The notes under the pieces are model-generated. The model had not been told where the DNA came from, did no database searches, and worked only from the letters and a program-made list of their open reading frames with translations. Shown here in pieces: positions 1-9,600 of a DNA stretch of 64,000 bases (position 1 is its first letter; each line of letters begins with the position of its first letter). The translations under genes were made by a program, and so were the position numbers. The stretch comes from Candidatus Latescibacterota bacterium (lineage in GTDB: Bacteria > Latescibacterota > UBA2968 > GCA-2709665). The stretch is from positions 32,001-96,000 of the forward strand of contig CBDDDZ010000002.1 in NCBI GenBank assembly GCA_965226795.1, given 5' to 3'.

Positions 1-48
1 CGTCGTACGGAAGAAGCGAACGGTTATTGGCTTGTCTCTGTTCATCAT
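1..48 (-). CDS. N-terminal fragment of a probable RelE/ParE-type (Gp49/DUF891-like) toxin; runs off window start
   Basis: Manual translation MMNRDKPITVRFFRTT resembles the V-R-F-F/Y-R-T start of these toxins. Only 16 codons are visible; not in the ORF track. Confidence 0.45.
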   Translation of the reverse strand, partial: MMNRDKPITVRFFRTT

Positions 49-52
49 TCCT

Positions 53-80
53 ACTGTACCAATTTTAGTACAGTTGTCAA
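53..80 (-). promoter_or_regulatory. sigma70-like promoter overlapped by a palindromic operator
   Basis: Minus strand TTGACA(80-75)-N16-TACAGT(58-53), ending 4 nt before the ATG at 48. Inverted repeat ACTGTAC(53-59)/GTACAGT(68-74). Confidence 0.55.
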
Positions 81-233
81 GAAAAAAAATCTGAAGATCG
101 AAAAAAAATCACGGATAGCGGCTTGCGCTTAGGGCCGATTTGCCCCGAACTGACGGCACGGTGTAAAGTAACGGTATGGCTCAGTGCTGAGCAGCTTTTT
201 TAGTCGATTTCAAAACGCAGGTGTCGACGTACT

Positions 234-857
234 CTACTTTTTCACGACAAAGTAAACATGGTTTGTTGAGTCTCTGAATTGAGGCAAATCGGACGTCTCC
301 GCTGCGAATTCTACAATGTTTTCGTATGCCGCCGGTTCATCTTTCCTGAGCGACTCGAGGAGCGGCGCCATGCCTCCGACGAAGCCTTCTGCGCCGGCGT
401 AGCTGACAATTCGCAGCCCTGCATCCTGGAGCTCTTTGCCGGCGATCTCGGGGTTGGACCAGTGACTTTCCGTGAAACCGGAACGTTCATGATCTTCAAA
501 GGTCTTTTCGCCGAGCATGCTACGCAGAAAGGCGGGATTGCTGAAGCGCTTCGGGAAACCGACTATTCCGCTTCTGAGCAAGCCCCACGAATTGAGAAAG
601 GCGACAATTGCCCTGTCGCCCGGTTTCAGAATGCGAATCATCTCACTCAAAGCCTGTGAACGATCATCCCTCTCGATCAGGTGATAAAGAGGACCGAGAA
701 GCAGTGCGGCATCGAATGATTCGTCCTCAAAGACGCCCAGATCGCGTGCATCTCCCTGAAAAAACCGTTCTGCGCCGGTTCCTTCTGAGGCAAACGCCTG
801 CTCTGCTCTTTCCAGTGAGCGAGAGAATAATGGTTTCATGACATACAACGACAACAC
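234..857 (-). pseudogene. Class I SAM-dependent methyltransferase, N-terminally truncated
   Basis: QGDARDL..FEDESFDAALLLGPLYHL..ALSEMIRILKPG motifs are present, but the glycine-rich motif I is absent. The 5' part overlaps the upstream phosphatase ORF. Confidence 0.65.
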
Positions 858-1317
858 GATGGAAGGACCGGTATTGTCCTAAAACACGATTGACACGGTC
901 GCGCACACTGGACATCGGCTCCCAATCTCTCGTCTCAACTGGAGGCCACTCGCCTCCCAGCTTTTGCATTTCTGCCACGGTTTCGTCGACAAGCTCAATC
1001 GAATCGCGCCATCCGCAGATCCATTCGTGCAGATTAAACTCGACTCTAAGTGGAAGATCGAGTATCCGGCTGAGTATGGCAGCTGATTGGAGTGCCCGTG
1101 ACATTGGTGACGAGATAATGAGTTCAGGATTTTCAGTTGACAGGGATTTTGAAGCATTCTCAATCTGGCTGATGCCATTCTCGGTCAACGGAACGATATG
1201 TGCTGCCCATCCCACCTGGGCGCCTTTGAGATTCTCTCCGGCAGCCAAATCCCAATTGGGTTCTCCATGCCGAATGAGATAGAAAGTTGTCAATTCTTGA
1301 TCTCTGTCGAACTGCAA
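727..1317 (-). CDS. Histidine phosphatase (phosphoglycerate mutase family), C-terminus possibly aberrant
   Basis: FYLIRHGE motif, SSPMSRALQSA, VEFNLHEW, VVVVCHE. Confidence 0.8.
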   Translation of the reverse strand: MQFDRDQELTTFYLIRHGEPNWDLAAGENLKGAQVGWAAHIVPLTENGISQIENASKSLSTENPELIISSPMSRALQSAAILSRILDLPLRVEFNLHEWICGWRDSIELVDETVAEMQKLGGEWPPVETRDWEPMSSVRDRVNRVLGQYRSFHRVVVVCHETIILSLTGKSRAGVCLRRNRRRTVFSGRCTRSGRL

Positions 1318-1646
1318 TGGCGCGTAACGGTTCAGTGCCCCCGAACCGCGTGGTGAGCATTCGACTCCTGCCCGAAGTTAATTATCGAACAAGATGGCCC
1401 CGACAGCTTCGAGTCGATCTTGGCCGTCGTCATATGCGATGGTCATTAATGACGGATCGCCGATCCTGCGGTCTCTCTTGCCGTGGTGAATAAAGTGAAT
1501 ACGCATTTAGTCTGCCTGTCTTCCGGTATTTCACGTGCAGGATTCGACCGCGCCGGGTTGGGGGTGAACGCCGCGGTCACAGAGGTAACCGTGGTGTTAA
1601 GGGATGTGGGCCATCCATACGCAGGATGGCTGTGAATACCCTTCTG

Positions 1647-2231
1647 TCACGACTCGATAGGAGGAAGGTCAATCGGGGTCATTACCCCGAAAAAGCCATA
1701 CTTGATTCCGGAAGGATCTCCCTTGCCAGGTGGAAAGTACTCCTCTATGAGGCTCAGAAGCCGACGGTTGAATTCGGCCGCCTGCCCTTCCGAGAGTCGA
1801 GCGCGGTTATGGTTGACAGAGCTCTGAAAATCCGGACCGAATATGCCGTCCGCACTTTCGCGAAACGCCTGGTTAAACTGGCAAACAACCTCCGAACCGA
1901 CTGGCTCGGAGGTTCTGGCCGTCTCATCCACCGGGTCCGGGAGTCGAATCTTGCGCGCCGCCGGGAGGCAACGCCAGGCCCTCGGGTCACGACCGGTTTC
2001 TTGGAGATGTACGATATCCGATTCCGCGAGTCGCTTCAGGTGGCGGAGAACCCGGGTATCGGTAACACCCAACATCGACGATATCTCTGCCACGGATTTT
2101 CCCTCGCCAAGAGTTTCCAGGATGCGCCGCCGTAGAGGATCCGCGAGCAAAGTGACTCGTTCGTCATCGATAATAAGCACGGACCCCTTGCTGGTGTCAC
2201 CCGGGAACGTCAATTCGAGCCAGTCAGCCAT
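1647..2231 (-). CDS. ArsR-like winged helix-turn-helix transcriptional regulator
   Basis: LADPLRRRILETL..KSVAEISSMLGV..VLRHLKRLAESDIV. Confidence 0.8.
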   Translation of the reverse strand: MADWLELTFPGDTSKGSVLIIDDERVTLLADPLRRRILETLGEGKSVAEISSMLGVTDTRVLRHLKRLAESDIVHLQETGRDPRAWRCLPAARKIRLPDPVDETARTSEPVGSEVVCQFNQAFRESADGIFGPDFQSSVNHNRARLSEGQAAEFNRRLLSLIEEYFPPGKGDPSGIKYGFFGVMTPIDLPPIES

Positions 2232-2416
2232 TCAGATCCTCCATCGGAATGTCATTGCCTTTGTCCGATTGGACGAGCAACGATTTTCAGGGCCGTGGAC
2301 TCTGGATTCACGGGGAGAGATCAGCCTCGCCTACGGTAAGCCCCACTTGGGCCATTTCCCAGGAATACGCACGATTTTTCCGCCAATTCATACCGTATCG
2401 CTGCATTGGTGTCCGT

Positions 2417-2677
2417 TGCCTGCGCTGGGCCTGTCGCGGCGAGCCCGTTGAAACGGGCTTGTCGAAGCGCGTTCATTGAGCTTGTCGAAATGCCCGCGCT
2501 TCGCTACCTGTTGAACCCTTCGCCGCCCCTTCGACAAGCTCAGGGAGCGGCTCAGGGCAGGGCCAAAGGGCTACAGACCAGGGTCCAGGCGCAATGACTT
2601 TCAAAGCATACACTACGTTTGGTGTATGCTTTAAGCCTGTCGAAACGGGCTCGCCGACCTTCGAAAGGTCGCAGGCA
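2417..2677. repeat. Nested palindromic REP/MITE-like element
   Basis: TGCCTGCG(2417)/CGCAGGCA(2670), GGCGAGCCCGTT(2438)/AACGGGCTCGCC(2644), TGAGCTTGTCGAA(2477)/TTCGACAAGCTCA(2530), AAAGCATACAC(2603)/GTGTATGCTTT(2622). Confidence 0.65.
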
Positions 2678-2734
2678 CATTGCGTTCAGGGCGACTCGTC
2701 GGCTGAATTTTGGCGATCTTTTTTCGGGAAGCCC

Positions 2735-3196
2735 CTACGCAACGTCCCCGCTGACGTCCCGCATTGCTCGTTTCTTCGCCATCCTGGCTATCAAAGCCGA
2801 TCCGACGGCTGAGGCTGCACTCAGTAGAGCCACGGGACCGATTGTTACGACACCCCACAGCCACAGCGGGAAGGCAGTATTTACCGTCCCCGCAACAAAG
2901 GGAAACACGCCCACCAGCAGACCACTCACAGCACCCCAGGCGCCGACCCGAGAAAGCGACAACTCATCGAATCTGCGACGGCCCTCTGCAATCCCAACCA
3001 CTGCGGAAAAGACCGCACCGCAAAGGAAGCCCGGGTACGCCCCGATCGCCACCCACATTTCATCCATGGAACCGCTCGGATCCACGATCATCCCTGTCAG
3101 CACGCCAACGGGCGCCCATACCACGGCCCAGGCCAGGGCCACCAAAACGACACCGCAGATACGTCTAAAGCATAAGTTTATTTGGAGTCTCCACAT
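2735..3196 (-). CDS. Hypothetical membrane protein (about 4 TM helices); start uncertain
   Basis: Four hydrophobic stretches separated by charged loops (e.g. EGRRRFDELSLSR). Confidence 0.65.
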   Translation of the reverse strand: MWRLQINLCFRRICGVVLVALAWAVVWAPVGVLTGMIVDPSGSMDEMWVAIGAYPGFLCGAVFSAVVGIAEGRRRFDELSLSRVGAWGAVSGLLVGVFPFVAGTVNTAFPLWLWGVVTIGPVALLSAASAVGSALIARMAKKRAMRDVSGDVA

Positions 3197-3251
3197 AAAT
3201 TCGAACCTTATTCATGAATCCTGCGGATTGGGTCTAAGTTACAAGAATATT

Positions 3252-3496
3252 TCATACCGGCACGGCTTCTCGTCGATCCTGCAAGATGAGCGATATCGCA
3301 TCCCGCAGACTAGCAAGGGCTTCATTCCTGGTCTTTCCCTGTCCATTGGAACCGGGGATCTCGGGGCAACAGGCAATGATCCGTTCGTCGTCCGTTCGAT
3401 CACTGCGGTTAATTCGATATATTCGCCATGGACGCCGGGACGGAGATTTTCACGTCGTTATTCCGGATGTAGTTCGTCTGGATTAGCCTTCTACAT
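3252..3496 (-). pseudogene. Chimeric remnant: decayed copy of the 4545-4772 antitoxin N-terminus joined to a frameshifted HicB-family antitoxin
   Basis: Manual translation M*KANPDELHPE*RRENLRPGVHGEYIE matches MKKANPEELRPEYCREDLAPGVRGKYLE. It continues LTAVIER / (frameshift) DDERIIACCPEIPGSNGQGKTRNEALASLRDAISLILQDRRE, which is HicB-like. Confidence 0.75.
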
Positions 3497-3601
3497 AAGA
3501 TTATATCCTCCGCCCGGTACAGTACATTAAACTTGGAGAGAAAATGTCTCACTGTATATTGGCATCTTAGGGGGAACCTGTTAACTTGCACGTGGGCGTG
3601 T

Positions 3602-4192
3602 TCACTTCTGTTTGATGAGATCTTCTCGTATCTGATGCGCCTCTTCTTTGAATCTTTGGATGCCGGCAACGAGTGAGGGTAGTCGCTCCTTCCAATGAGT
3701 CAGTTCGCGGCCCTCGTTTGACATTGTCTGGGCAACAATCTCTTTGGCTTGTTTGAGGGTAAGGGTACGGTCCTGCAGTTGAAAGGACTCCACGGCATGG
3801 TTGTATTTATCCTGGATATCGTATGTTCGTTGCTGTGCGTTTTGGAGACTCAAGAGATGATTCCCGCTTTTTCGGTAGTATTGAAGGATTCGGGTTCTCA
3901 ATTCCGAATCGTCCAAGAGAACAATCGAGTCCCGATTGTTGACATAAACATGCCGAGAATCTGCGATCTCGGAAAACAGATTGAACCAGACAATGCGACT
4001 GCGCTCCCATCCTTCAGAGATCTGGTCGTATAGCTCCAGCGAGTTGGTCAAGTCATCGGTAATTCCGACGATCAGAAGGTTTTTAAGGCGGCTAATCTTC
4101 GATTTCTCCAAGCGTGACTGAACCAACCATCCTGTCCCAGCCGCAAGGAATCCTCCAACTATTGCAGAAACAATTGTCTCCATTTTCTTCAA
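3602..4192 (-). CDS. Hypothetical protein with N-terminal membrane anchor and helical/coiled-coil body
   Basis: 196-aa ORF, AT-rich codons, hydrophobic IVSAIVGGFLAAGTGWLV. Confidence 0.65.
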   Translation of the reverse strand: MKKMETIVSAIVGGFLAAGTGWLVQSRLEKSKISRLKNLLIVGITDDLTNSLELYDQISEGWERSRIVWFNLFSEIADSRHVYVNNRDSIVLLDDSELRTRILQYYRKSGNHLLSLQNAQQRTYDIQDKYNHAVESFQLQDRTLTLKQAKEIVAQTMSNEGRELTHWKERLPSLVAGIQRFKEEAHQIREDLIKQK

Positions 4193-4385
4193 GCCTCTAT
4201 GAGATGGTGTCGTTTTTAGTTTTCGTGCGCAATTTATCGATATGTGTTCGTAGAGTATCTACAACGGCGCGATTGGCGTTTGACTGCGGAACTAGCGAAC
4301 CCCTACGGTAATCCGCACCAGAACTGTCGATTCTCAGTCGTTCGGGAAGGTAAGTCACGGAGATATTTGCATTCCCAATATACTA

Positions 4386-4491
4386 AAAAATGCCCCCTAA
4401 GAGGGCATCGTCTCCAGTCAAAAGCAGTCTCCTGCCAATCCATCAATGCACCCGGTGGGCTCGGCATCATTGAATCATCCAGACACGGGAC
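4386..4491 (-). repeat. 106-nt dispersed element, copy A, ending in an intrinsic terminator
   Basis: Aligns without gaps to 6057-6162 (75/106 identical by hand count). Ends ATGCCCTCTTAGGGGGCAT-TTTTT on the minus strand. Confidence 0.75.
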
Positions 4492-4544
4492 CCCGCAGCG
4501 GTACCGGGGGTGTTACAGGAAAGTGCCAAAGTCGACCCTGTATC

Positions 4545-4772
4545 TCAACCGCTGCTCTTGCCAGCGTCCGCCGGTCCTTTGTCCGCGTTCATAAATGACC
4601 GAAGCGCATCATTTACGGCTTCCTCGGTTGGAAATGCCTTCGCGACGTCAGGTTGTAGCAAAACCAGGTTGGTCCCTGATCGGAAAGATTCCAGATACTT
4701 TCCGCGGACGCCGGGAGCGAGATCTTCACGGCAATATTCAGGACGAAGCTCTTCCGGATTAGCCTTCTTCAT
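4545..4772 (-). CDS. BrnA-like type II antitoxin (no adjacent toxin)
   Basis: ELRPEY..GVRGKY..GTNLVLLQPDVAKAFPTEEAVNDALR pattern, typical of small antitoxins that pair with BrnT-type toxins. Confidence 0.65.
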   Translation of the reverse strand: MKKANPEELRPEYCREDLAPGVRGKYLESFRSGTNLVLLQPDVAKAFPTEEAVNDALRSFMNADKGPADAGKSSG

Positions 4773-4869
4773 AGATGCTCCGCACCGCCCAACACGATAA
4801 ATAAGACTCTGATGGGAATTTGACTCACTCTATACTGGCACGTAGGGAATAACCCCTGTCAGTTAGTCT

Positions 4870-5466
4870 TTAATTTGGGTTTCTCCACGTTCTGATCTGT
4901 GATCGGATCCTTTCCAGGCCTGACTTCATACGTTCTAATTGGATATTATCAAGATGTACTTTAGGTCTCATCATGAGAAATTCAGTCGCATCATACGCTA
5001 CCGTGAGAACTCGAGACAAACTTGCACGTTCGATTGACCAGAAGTCGATATTGCAATGCACAAAGTTGTTTCTAAGTTCGTCGTGTAGGTAGTAGAGGTC
5101 ATCTTTGACCTGCTCGGAAAACACAGCAGATCCTTCGCATCCAAGTGTATGCTTCCGGACCCTCCTAAACAGTTCTTTAAAGTCAGCAAGACGTTCCTGC
5201 GTATTATATTCTGTGTTCGGATTCTGCAATGATTCCTTATGCCACTTCAGGAACTCCTTCTGCGACTTCTTATCGAGTGCGCCAATGTTTGCACTTCCGC
5301 TTAATGCGCACACCATAGCGCCTTGCAGCATGTCATGAGTCGCGATGATAAGCCATTTGACATACAGGTGCTGCTCCTCAATCCTCAGCGCCAACTCGGC
5401 ACAGAGGTCGATCGCGCAGAGGACGTTTTCAGTCTTTTCAAACCGAAACCATTCGGGCAAACCCAC
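4870..5466 (-). CDS. Hypothetical helical protein with HEPN-type R-x4-H motif
   Basis: LHDELRNNFVHC near the C-terminus; predicted all-helical; 198 aa. Confidence 0.55.
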   Translation of the reverse strand: MGLPEWFRFEKTENVLCAIDLCAELALRIEEQHLYVKWLIIATHDMLQGAMVCALSGSANIGALDKKSQKEFLKWHKESLQNPNTEYNTQERLADFKELFRRVRKHTLGCEGSAVFSEQVKDDLYYLHDELRNNFVHCNIDFWSIERASLSRVLTVAYDATEFLMMRPKVHLDNIQLERMKSGLERIRSQIRTWRNPN

Positions 5467-5604
5467 CCCTTACTCCTTGGTCTATTTGACTTACGCGCAC
5501 TTACACCAGGTACGGATCGCCAGTCTTTCATTACATTAAAGGCATCCGGACGACCGAGCCCCGAAGGGTAAACGGCAACTTCTGCAGTTTTCGCATCGAT
5601 GTTT

Positions 5605-5859
5605 CTATTTATTCCGACTGGTGTTTTGACGATCCGCGATACAGGCCGTAATTCCACTAATGATCCCGTCCGCGTAGCCTTTTGAATAGTGCTCGTTGTC
5701 CCACTCGCCGGCTATCAGTGTGCCCCGGATTTCACAAGCAGTATTTTATCCAGCCGCATAACCGTCACTATACCCTGGATCGTACCGGGAGTCATCGTCG
5801 TGGGATAGTATCCTAATTAACGATCCGATCGCAATCAAGGCACAAACCACCGTCAACAT
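5605..5859 (-). pseudogene. Small exported-protein-like ORF with an internal stop
   Basis: Manual translation MLTVVCALIAIGSLIRILSHDDDSRYDPGYSDGYAAG*NTACEIRGTLIAGEWDNEHYSKGYADGIISGITACIADRQNTSRNK. TAA at 5746-5748; two Y-x-x-G-Y-x-D-G repeats. Confidence 0.5.
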
Positions 5860-6056
5860 CTTTGCCTAAATAGAAGAGATCTACCTTGTCTCCCGCATTA
5901 AGATTCTCCTCTGGAACTAGGCCAGAGCTGCTGGCAGTTTCTGTATTTCACAAAACCGGCGTATTACCAAACAGTGAGGACAATATGCAGTTGAATAGAG
6001 GGTCGATATTCGTTAGGCAATAACGCACTTTGGAAGGTGGTATTCCGAACAAATTT

Positions 6057-6162
6057 AAAAATGCCCCCTTAGGGGGCATCTTCTCTGATCAATACCTGTC
6101 TGCCTTTTATTCGTCAATTCATCCGGCGGGCTCCGATAGATTGAGTTATCCTGATCCGTGAC
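6057..6162 (-). repeat. 106-nt dispersed element, copy B, ending in an intrinsic terminator
   Basis: Gapless match to 4386-4491; perfect hairpin ATGCCCCCT-A-AGGGGGCAT followed by TTTT. Confidence 0.75.
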
Positions 6163-6174
6163 GCTTTATTGGTA

Positions 6175-6396
6175 TTATGCGGTTTCGTTGTTTATCCCTC
6201 GCAGACCAACCGGCAGTGGATCGCCATGTTCCCTGCAGGATTCGACCAGCTTTCTGGCCACATCTTGCGCGATTTCAACCGCTTCTGCCACAGTTCGCCC
6301 TTGCGCCACCAGTCCGGCGAAATCTTTCGACGTAGCCAGGTAATGGCCGTTTTCTACTCGCCTTATTTGAAGACGAAGCCGATATTCCTCTGGCAT
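6175..6396 (-). CDS. HicB-family antitoxin (short, no adjacent HicA seen)
   Basis: YLATSKDFAGLVAQGRTVAEAVEIAQDVARKLVESCREHGDPLP. Confidence 0.8.
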   Translation of the reverse strand: MPEEYRLRLQIRRVENGHYLATSKDFAGLVAQGRTVAEAVEIAQDVARKLVESCREHGDPLPVGLRGINNETA

Positions 6397-6695
6397 TTTC
6401 TGCTCCTATTTAAAGCGATGTACCCGGTGAGATACACTCTACGTAATCATTCCCCTTTCGGTTGCCGAATCTCAAGCACGGCCGGTGTGGGTGTAACCAG
6501 AACTTTTGCCCAGAGCCCGCGCCCTAGGTCTGCCGAATGGTGTCGAAGGGTTGCCGAAGTCGCGGGCGCCAATGGCCCCCCGCGGCGTAGTTCGGTTTGT
6601 TATCAGAAGGCGCAGGCCCGATGTGGTACAGACGCCTGGGATTGAAGGGTAGATTCTGGTTCTCTTAATGAAGAAAACGCTGCGCATCAAATTCC

Positions 6696-9600
6696 CTACG
6701 TGATAAGCGCGACGGCTTTTTCTTTCAGCGCCGGAAGCAACTCGTCCGCTGCTCGTTCGAGCGCGGCCAGTGCCTTATCCACGTCTTCAAGGTCCCCGTC
6801 CCGCGCCATGGTTTCCAGCCGCAATGCCGCCTCCATGGCCGGTTCCGCATGGAAGACAGCCGCCGAACCCTTCAGTGTATGGGCCGCGCGCCGCAGCAGG
6901 GTCCCATCGCCGTGTCTGATCGCCCGTTTCATTTCTTCAATGTGCTTCCCGTACTCCGTAACAAACAGGCCGGCCAGTTCACCCAGAAGCGCCTCGTTGC
7001 CGCCAACCTGGTCCAGTGCCCCCTGCCAATCCAGTGCGTCGCTACCGACACCGGGCTCCGCCCGCGATTCACCGTCCGATGAGCCGTTAGTCTCCACAAC
7101 ATCGTAGAGATGTCCCGCCCGGATCGGCTTGGGAAGGTAATCGTCCATCCCCTGTTCCAGACACCGCTCTCTGTCTCCCTGCATCACGTGGGCCGTCATT
7201 GCCGCAATTCGAATATGCTCCCCCGACGACCTTTCCCGTTCCCTGATAATCCGTGTTGCCTCCAACCCATCCATCTCCGGCATCTGTATATCCATCAGGA
7301 TCAGATCGAATGTGTCGTTCTCCAGCGCCGTGAGTACTTCCTTGCCGTTGGTGACGGCGGTAACCTGGTGGCCGCGCGGCTCGAGCAGGTCCACGATCAC
7401 TTTCCGGTTGACCATGCCGTCCTCTGCCAACAGGACGCGGCGCCTGTCGGCGGGCGGCAACGGTTCCGCAATCTTCGCAATATCTACGGGCTCGACAACG
7501 CTCACCTCCAGGGCCGCCAGCGTGGCATCGAGCAGGTCGGACTGCTTGACCGGCTTGGTCAGACATCGCGCAAGCCCCAACGCGTCACATCGCACCGCGT
7601 CGTTTGTTCTTCCCGCGGACGAAAGTATCAGAATCGGTACCTCTTTCACATCCGGATCCCGGCGGATACGCTCGGCCAGCGCGAACCCGTCCATATCGGG
7701 CATCATTGCGTCCAGAAAGAAAAGGTGGAACGGCGAATCCGCATCGCCAGCCTCCCGGAGTGTCTCGAGCGCGGCCGGCCCCGAATCCGCCACGTCAATT
7801 TTCATACCCCAGGTTCCCAGCATCTCCTCGAAGATAAACCGGTTTGTACGGTTGTTATCCACCACCAGCGCCCGGAGACCCACCAGGGTCTGGAGATCGG
7901 CCGCCGACCGCTTCGCCGGCTGGGGTTGGGCCTCGAAGAGCGCTGTGAAATAAAACGTGCTCCCTTTGTCAGGCGCGCTCTCCACCCACATGCGTCCACC
8001 CATCATCGTGGCCAGTTGGGATGAAATCGCCAGGCCCAGCCCCGTTCCTCCAAACCGCCGGGAAGTAGAAGAGTCTACCTGGCTGAAAGAGTCGAAAATG
8101 ATCGGCCGATCTTCGGGCGCGATCCCGATGCCGGTATCCCGAACAAAGAACCTCAGACAGAGCTTCTCTTCCTCCCGTGCGTCCACCTTTACGTCAACCA
8201 GCACGTCGCCTTTCTCCGTGAACTTTATGGCGTTGTCCACCAGGTTAATCACGATCTGCCGCAAACGGCCCGGGTCCCCCACCAGCCTGTCCGGAACCTC
8301 CGGTGCAATATGGCACGCCAGCTCCAGCCGGTTCTGTGTGGCTTTGACCGCAAGGGTCTGAACGGTGTCCCCCAGCGTATCGCGGAGGTCGAAGCCGATC
8401 GCTTCCAGTTCCAGCCGGTCCACCTCGAGTTTGGAGAAATCGAGAATATCGTTCAGAAGTGCCAGTAAGGCCTCCGAAGACTGCCTGCTCAACTTGAGAT
8501 ACTCGCGTTGTTGAGGCGTCAACTCCGTGTTGCCCAGAAGCTCCGTCATGCCCATGATGCCATTCATCGGCGTACGGATCTCGTGGCTCATATTGGCCAG
8601 AAACTCGCTTTTTGCGCGATTCGCCTTTTCGGCGGCGTCTTTCGCTTTCTGCAACTCCGCCCCCGAACGCTCCAGTGCAACCGTACTCTTCTTCAGCGCT
8701 TCGTTCGCTTCACGCTCGGCAGCCGCGGTTTTCTCGAGTTGCCGGTTCTTTTCCTGCAGCTGTATCTCGGTGCGCTTGCGTAGCGTGATATCCCGCACCG
8801 TACCGATCATATGTACATACTGCTCCGCGCTGTCACCGAAAACGCGGCCTTTATTTCCCAGCCACCGAACCGTCCCTTCCGGCCATACAACCCGGTGCTC
8901 GACCTCGAAATCCACCCCTTCCCTGATCGTGCGCCGCACCGCACTGCGAACCATCGCCCGGTCTTCGGGGTGCACGAGTTCATAGAACGCCTCGCGCGTA
9001 CCTTCGAACACTTCCGGTTTAAGGCCGAACAACGGCGCCACCAGATCCGACCAGACCAGTTCTCCGGTCAGCAGGTTGGAATCCCAACTCCCCATGTGGG
9101 CGGCTTCCATTGCCAGCTTGAGCCGGGCTTCGCTCTCACGTAATGCCTGTTCTGAGCGCTTCCGTTCGGAGTCCAGATACGCGAGCGACCGTGCGTACCA
9201 CCAGATCAGAATGTTCAGCGCTACGATCACCCCCAGGGAGAACAGCGACATTCCGGATTCGAAACCCAAAATCACTTCGCCGTAAGGCCAGAGCCAGCCC
9301 AGCGCCAGTGGAATCAGGAAAGCCTGAGGCAGCAACCGGCGCGCCATCGAACCGCCAGCGGTCGAGCTGACGATGGTTGTCGTTGGTTCCAGGTCCGGAC
9401 GGGATAAAAACAGGCCAACGCACAGCAGGCCGAATGTGAGCGTTGTGACGGCGCTCATCTGAATATCCCATGTCACTTCCCGGGGCGAGAGCGTCAGGTA
9501 AAAATGCCCAATTGCATAACCGATCGATACGATTGAGGCGACAGACAGACACGTCAGCGCCGGCCACGCGCTTCCTCTGATTTTAAATTGCCAGAGAAAC

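Noticed and set aside
1567..1598. G-U-containing hairpin as ncRNA or riboswitch
   Set aside because: A single short stem with no recognisable family motif.
4786..4868. Integron attC site (GACTAAC..GTTGGGC on minus strand; similar GTTCGG words near 150, 1347, 6050)
   Set aside because: I could not build the paired L boxes and hairpin, and no integrase is present. Needs a covariance-model scan.
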